This document shows, piece by piece, positions 8,065 to 12,270 of a DNA stretch of 12,270 nt; position 1 is the stretch's first letter; each line of letters opens with the position of its first letter. The notes beneath the pieces are model-generated. The model made no database searches, was not told the DNA's origin, and saw only the letters and a list, made by a program, of their open reading frames with translations. Where the stretch lies: NCBI GenBank assembly GCA_964590575.1, contig CAZPWM010000094.1, forward strand, positions 1-12,270, in the 5' to 3' direction. Position numbers and translations under genes: made by a program. The DNA is from an uncultured archaeon. Lineage in GTDB: Archaea; Asgardarchaeota; Thorarchaeia; Thorarchaeales; Thorarchaeaceae.

Positions 8065-8142
8065 TGTGAGACCTCCTTAATGGCAGTCCGATATTATGGA
8101 AGAGATAGCTCACTCCTATTTATCTCTGCCCAAAATTCATAC

Positions 8143-8182
8143 AAAAAAAAGAAGGAGAGAGAGGCACTTGCCTCTCATTCTC
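8143..8182 (-). terminator. Intra-operon stem-loop plus U-tract directly after the binding-protein gene
   Basis: Stem GAGAGGC (8159-8165) / GCCTCTC (8170-8176) with a 4-nt loop, extendable by GAGA/TCTC across a 2-nt bulge. On the minus strand it is followed by CTTC and T8 (8150-8143). It begins immediately after the TGA TAG stops. Confidence 0.7.
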
Positions 8183-8186
8183 GCTA

Positions 8187-9305
8187 TCACCAGTATATTG
8201 TATCTGGTATAGTAATGGAACCATTGATGATTGCTTGCTTTAGATCATTCACTATGTCAATATACGACTGTGGAATCTGAAGCAGTGGCGGATCATACGG
8301 GACCAATGTGTATGATTGAGTCTGATTGCTGAATGGGATAAGACCGCCTATCTCCCAATCATGACCTCCATTGGCAAGATTGTACACTTCGATAGTACCC
8401 GTAGTCGAATCAAGGACACCATCGTAGACGTCTTTAATGACAGAAAAGCATGCCACATCGACTCTCTTCAGCATGGTACTGAGACCAAATGTTGGGGATG
8501 CAGCTGCCATAGGATCGTCATAGCTAGATGTTCCATACCACATCAGTGGGGAATCCGTTCCAATCGTCCAGAGAGGTGTGGTATTTGTAGCTGCATTGAT
8601 TTTGTTCCTGGTTGCAGTCCAAGCACCAAGCCCGGATCTGCCTGCAGCTGTATAGATGATGTCAACATCCGAAGCATGCATCGCATCAGCCAGGTTTTGA
8701 CCTATTGCTGTATCAATCCAACTATTAGTGTACTGTACTGTGTAGTTAATTCCTGGATTGGTATAGTTTGCACCCCACACGTAGCCCGCTGCAAATCTGT
8801 GAATTAGCCACATGTCCTCACCTCCAACAAATCCAATTTTGTCGGTCTGAGTCATGAGACCCGCAAGTGCACCAACAAGGGCTGAACCCTCATTTTCTGC
8901 AAATACACAACTACGCACGTTCGGTGCTACAACTACATTATCTATTATTGCAAACGTCTGGTTCGGGTATTCTGCTGCGACCGTTGCTAATGCGTCAGAT
9001 TGGTCGAAGCTGCCACATATGATGACTTCGTATGTACCAGCCGCTGCATAGTCTCTAAGATAACTCTCAAATTCGGAAATTTGATCGGGTTCAGCTACAT
9101 CAAAATTCCAGCCTAACTCCGCTCTGGCTCTTAGACCTCCCGCGTATGTCCCGTCATTGAAGCTTAGGTCACCTCTTCCTCCGGTTCCCAAGATTATTGC
9201 GACCTTAGCAGGCGCTGGAAAGAGCATTGGACCTAAAAAGATCACAGCCCCTAAGCCAACAACAAGGATTATTATTAAGACAACTGCTGTTGTTTTTTGT
9301 TCCAT
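8187..9305 (-). CDS. bmpA: BMP-family (PnrA/TmpC/NupN-like) nucleoside ABC substrate-binding protein with an N-terminal membrane anchor
   Basis: GGRGDLSFND, YPNQTFAIID, FAENEGSALVGALAG, KIGFVGG, DIIYTAAGRSGLG, IGTDS, STMLKRVDVA. Hydrophobic N-terminal helix with no lipobox Cys, and several N-x-S/T sequons. ATG 9305 (after GGAGTG 9318-9313) is preferred over TTG 9320. Confidence 0.93.
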   Translation of the reverse strand: MEQKTTAVVLIIILVVGLGAVIFLGPMLFPAPAKVAIILGTGGRGDLSFNDGTYAGGLRARAELGWNFDVAEPDQISEFESYLRDYAAAGTYEVIICGSFDQSDALATVAAEYPNQTFAIIDNVVVAPNVRSCVFAENEGSALVGALAGLMTQTDKIGFVGGEDMWLIHRFAAGYVWGANYTNPGINYTVQYTNSWIDTAIGQNLADAMHASDVDIIYTAAGRSGLGAWTATRNKINAATNTTPLWTIGTDSPLMWYGTSSYDDPMAAASPTFGLSTMLKRVDVACFSVIKDVYDGVLDSTTGTIEVYNLANGGHDWEIGGLIPFSNQTQSYTLVPYDPPLLQIPQSYIDIVNDLKQAIINGSITIPDTIYW

Positions 9306-9421
9306 TTCACTCCACTCCAAAAGAGTAGTATAGAGGACACATTTTCTGAATAATTCAGATTTGTGTTATTTGAAGATTAACAAACTCACTAAAAAAGCCT
9401 CGTCTAAATGGAAGGAGTGTA

Positions 9422-9445
9422 TCCCATTATAAACCTACTATGGGA
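9422..9445 (-). promoter_or_regulatory. Putative TATA box (TTTATAA 9433-9427) of the transporter operon, bracketed by the inverted repeat TCCCAT-N12-ATGGGA
   Basis: The plus strand reads TCCCATtataaacctactATGGGA. It is the clearest TATA-like element in the divergent intergenic region. Confidence 0.45.
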
Positions 9446-9602
9446 AAGACCCAAAGAAAGTGACTAGTGATAGAATCAATTAATAGAAGATAACCCTTCA
9501 TGATTCGTCATATTGAGTGTAGATAGTCAATGGACGTTGTTATAGGAGCAAGATTTCACTTCTTAGTAAACCTGATATGATGGTTCAATGTAATTCAAAA
9601 AT

Positions 9603-10046
9603 ATGACAGATGACACTGTTAAACAAGCGATGAACTACTTCTCATCAGACTACAATTGCGCTCAGTCTGTGATGAAGTCAATCCTTGAGAATAAAGGTAT
9701 GGACTTTGAAGGGATTTCCTTCCTCGCAGCAGGGTTCGGAGGAGGGATGGGCTTAGAAGGTCATGTCTGTGGTGCTGTGTCTGGCGCGGTGGCAGCACTT
9801 GGAGTTCTCAACAGTGAAAAGTACGATGATACAGTCAAACACAAAAAAGCGACCTATGTGGCTGTCAAGGAATTCATTCGTAGATTCGCTGAGAAGAATG
9901 GATCCATTATATGCAACGACTTGACGGGCATTGATATGTCGGATCAAGCAGCACATGATCGAGCTCTTGAAGATGGCACTTTCGAAAAGGTCTGCCCAAG
10001 TTATGTCAAGGATGCAGTACGGATTGTTCTTGAAATTAGTAGATAA
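9603..10046 (+). CDS. C-GCAxxG-C-C family putative redox-active protein
   Basis: YNCAQSV, GFGGGMG, CGAVSG, SIICNDLTG and a final C (KVCP): the four-Cys family signature; 147 aa. Confidence 0.92.
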   Translation: MTDDTVKQAMNYFSSDYNCAQSVMKSILENKGMDFEGISFLAAGFGGGMGLEGHVCGAVSGAVAALGVLNSEKYDDTVKHKKATYVAVKEFIRRFAEKNGSIICNDLTGIDMSDQAAHDRALEDGTFEKVCPSYVKDAVRIVLEISR

Positions 10047-10107
10047 AAAAACATTGGATTTCGGAATCCTTGTTGAGAAAGAGAAGAGAGGGGGTTAGCC
10101 CCTCTCT
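10045..10107 (-). terminator. Tandem stem-loops between convergent genes; probable terminator(s) of the MFS gene
   Basis: A 9-bp stem AGAGAGGGG (10085-10093) / CCCCTCTCT (10099-10107), followed on the minus strand by TCTCTTTCTC. A second stem GGATT (10056-10060) / AATCC (10065-10069) is followed by T7 (10051-10045). Confidence 0.6.
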
Positions 10108-10141
10108 AGCTAGTTAATCGGAATAATCCACTTCACTCATT

Positions 10142-11491
10142 CTAGGGTGCAAGATCATCGTCTAGCCATACTTCGGTCTTAGATTCACCTTTGACAGGTT
10201 GACGCACTTTAATCAGAATTATGAAAGCAACTACGAAGAATAGAAGTATGCTCAACATTGCTGTTCGATGCGCCATAACAATTCCCAGGTAACCAGTTGC
10301 CAGAAGCACGGAACCATAAATGAATGGTCCTATGATTGCAGCAACTTTTCCAGTCAGCGCATAGAAGCCATACATTTCACTCTTTTTCGCTTCTGGAATG
10401 TATTGACCATACATGCTTCTAGCTGTGCTCTGAGCTGATCCCATACCAACACCAGCCATCAAGCCAAGAATCCAGAAGACAATTGGGTCAGTTCCAAAGT
10501 ATGCTATGGCAAGAGCTACAATCCAAATCAATAGAGTACTCATCAGTGTTTTCTTTGTACCGATTTTGTCTGCTATATATCCAAAGATGAACGCTCCTGG
10601 AATTGCAGTTAGCTGAGTAACCGCAAAGAAAATCAGAATCATTCCAGTATCAAATGCAAAGACTTCCTGACCATATATTGCGGCAAACGAAATCACCGTG
10701 TTTATTGCATCCGCAAAAAGGAAGTATGCCACTAGGAACAATCCAACTCCCTGATAGTTTTTGATTTCACCGAATGTCTGTCTTACCCTTCCAAAGCCGA
10801 TACTCACATAGCTCATACCTTCTTCACCGGTTCGCTTGATAGGAGGCCTTTCTTGAAGACCGCGAATACTAGGAATGGCAAAGGCAAGGAAGAATATCGC
10901 ACTAAACAGGAATGGCAAAGTTGGATATTGAGGAATAGCAATGTATGAAACCAGTGCAATGAGAATTGTGAGCATCGCACCAACATACCCTGCGGCATAT
11001 CCGAATCCACCTATTTTTCCGATTGTTTCTTCAGTACTTATTTCTGGCAACCATGCATTATAGAATGGTAAGCCACCTTGGAAACCGATGTTAGCTATTA
11101 CAAATAGGATGAATCCCCAAACCCACATATCAACGCACAGAAACTGCGGTAAGTCATTCCTCAGAAAGAACATCAGTGCGTTGAATATGATGCATAACGC
11201 GGTGTAGGCTGTTAGGAATTTTTTCTTTGAACCCGAATAGTCTGCAATAGCACCTAGTACGGGTGAACTTATTGCAACAACTACCATCGTAATGCTTGTT
11301 GCATAACCCCACAATGCGCCTCCGGTAACCCCATTGTCCATGAAAACCAAGTCAGCTAGATCCGTGAAGAAAAGTGGAAACAGAGCTGTGATGATTAGAA
11401 CAGTAAAACTAGTGTTTGCAAAATCATACAAATACCAAGAAAACCGTTCTCTTCGAGTTACAGGAACCATTTGCGTTTCCTCAAGAGTCAT
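10142..11491 (-). CDS. MFS transporter, UMF1/Atg22-like family
   Basis: SWYLYDFANTSF, SPVLGAIADYSGSKKK, FYNAWLPEI, G.G.GY.G, AQSTARSMY...IP, YGFYALTGKVAAIIGP; about 12 hydrophobic segments; SD AGGAGG at 11506-11501. Confidence 0.92.
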   Translation of the reverse strand: MTLEETQMVPVTRRERFSWYLYDFANTSFTVLIITALFPLFFTDLADLVFMDNGVTGGALWGYATSITMVVVAISSPVLGAIADYSGSKKKFLTAYTALCIIFNALMFFLRNDLPQFLCVDMWVWGFILFVIANIGFQGGLPFYNAWLPEISTEETIGKIGGFGYAAGYVGAMLTILIALVSYIAIPQYPTLPFLFSAIFFLAFAIPSIRGLQERPPIKRTGEEGMSYVSIGFGRVRQTFGEIKNYQGVGLFLVAYFLFADAINTVISFAAIYGQEVFAFDTGMILIFFAVTQLTAIPGAFIFGYIADKIGTKKTLMSTLLIWIVALAIAYFGTDPIVFWILGLMAGVGMGSAQSTARSMYGQYIPEAKKSEMYGFYALTGKVAAIIGPFIYGSVLLATGYLGIVMAHRTAMLSILLFFVVAFIILIKVRQPVKGESKTEVWLDDDLAP

Positions 11492-11629
11492 TTAATCTGT
11501 CCTCCTTCTATAGCGAAAGAATGCATTTGGAAAGAGCGTAAACACTTCCTTCTATTTAACACTCCGGAATATATGGAACCTACATGATTGGTAAGAATTA
11601 AGTGTAGGCTCTGACCGGAACCATAGTCA

Positions 11630-12055
11630 ATGGTGGTACTTGAAATGGATAAGAAGGAACTATTTCAATTCTGTGAGCATTGGCTTTCTGCATGGACCGG
11701 TAATAACCCTGAGGCACTTCTCAAGTACTATCATGATGATGCACTCTACGTAGATCCTGCAAATAGAGAGGGTCTCAAGGGGCACAAAGAGATTGGTAAA
11801 TATTTTGAGAAATTGCTTGATGTATACCATGATTGGAAGTGGAAACCCATAGAAGTATTCCCAATTGAAAAAGGAACAATTGTGAAGTGGGAATGCACAA
11901 TTCCTATTGGTCAAGAAACTATCCATGAGATTGGTTTGGATATTGTCGAGATTGAAGGCGCAAAAATAACCCGGAACGAAGTCTACTTCGATAGAACGAG
12001 ACTTATGGAAGCAGTTGAGAGGAAAAGACGTGACCGGCGACTTGTGAATCTCTAG
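11630..12055 (+). CDS. NTF2-like / SnoaL-like domain protein
   Basis: WLSAW...EALLKYYHDDALYVDP...LKGHKEIGKYF...VKW...GLDIVEIEGAKITRNEVYFD is typical of SnoaL_2-type folds. The true start may be ATG 11645 (GGTGG at 11632-11636). Confidence 0.9.
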   Translation: MVVLEMDKKELFQFCEHWLSAWTGNNPEALLKYYHDDALYVDPANREGLKGHKEIGKYFEKLLDVYHDWKWKPIEVFPIEKGTIVKWECTIPIGQETIHEIGLDIVEIEGAKITRNEVYFDRTRLMEAVERKRRDRRLVNL

Positions 12056-12270
12056 TCTATTCTATTCACCCAGTTCGCTAAGAATTCATTGAAGATTCCG
12101 AACTTCTCAAGCATGACACTGTGGCCTGCTCCTTCAATGACCTGCATCAGAGAACCCTCAATTTTTTCTTTGAGGTATGTGGAGTATTTGACGGGAGTCA
12201 TCACATCTGCCGCCCCAACAAGAATCAATGTGGGACACTTAATTAGTGCAACCTTGCCCATGATATCAAA
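12052..12270 (-). CDS. Alpha/beta-fold hydrolase, C-terminal part (5'-partial)
   Basis: FDIMGKVALIKCPTLILVGAADVMTP...IEGAGHSVMLEK...FN contains the catalytic Asp and His motifs. The frame is open to the right edge. Confidence 0.9.
   Translation of the reverse strand, partial: FDIMGKVALIKCPTLILVGAADVMTPVKYSTYLKEKIEGSLMQVIEGAGHSVMLEKFGIFNEFLANWVNRID

Noticed and set aside
9306-9602. Canonical purine riboswitch upstream of the nucleoside transporter
   Set aside because: I could not find the conserved purine-aptamer core on the minus strand. The region is kept only as an unclassified structured-leader candidate.
10142-11491. Atg22-like MFS as evidence of an autophagy-related eukaryotic signature
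   Set aside because: The UMF1/Atg22-like family is widespread in bacteria and archaea, so it is not diagnostic.
1207-11926. Other short overlapping ORFs (e.g. 1207-1410, 1484-1672, 1933-2157, 4180-4458, 4784-5143, 4959-5267, 5673-5924, 8080-8280, 8316-8807, 8854-9051, 9753-9956, 10813-11010, 11660-11926)
   Set aside because: All lie antisense to or out of frame within well-supported genes and show no family motifs.
1-12270. CRISPR array, IS/transposase, integrase, tRNA/rRNA or defence system
   Set aside because: I saw no spaced direct repeats, terminal inverted repeats, recombinase motifs or RNA-gene signatures. Intergenic gaps are all under 300 bp.

Overview
Gene-dense archaeal chromosomal window. 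It most likely comes from an Asgard archaeon (Thorarchaeota-like); this is inferred from a Rab-like small GTPase, the 'YTPHAPI..GWPG.GTPGNPY' beta-helix surface-protein motif, a membrane-anchored non-lipobox BMP and GGAGGTGA Shine-Dalgarno sites. Left to right: (-) a secreted parallel beta-helix (NosD-like) protein running off the left edge and missing from the ORF track; (-) a Rab-like GTPase; (+) a stand-alone WGR-domain protein; (-) an N-acyl-D-amino-acid deacylase-family amidohydrolase; (-) a BMP/Nup-type nucleoside ABC transporter operon (binding protein, ATPase, two permeases); (+) a C-GCAxxG-C-C protein; (-) a UMF1/Atg22-like MFS transporter; (+) an NTF2/SnoaL-like protein; (-) the 3' end of an alpha/beta hydrolase. 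I saw no mobile element, CRISPR array or RNA gene. The two most notable signals are translational. The ABC ATPase has no ATG/GTG/TTG before its conserved N-terminus and appears to start at ATC behind a perfect SD. The beta-helix gene has a single in-frame TGA between its signal peptide and an otherwise open frame. Either could be real biology, a recent mutation or a base-call error. I also noted a structured leader and palindromes upstream of the transporter operon and a 4-helix extension on one permease. I cannot support a wholly new multi-gene system from sequence alone.
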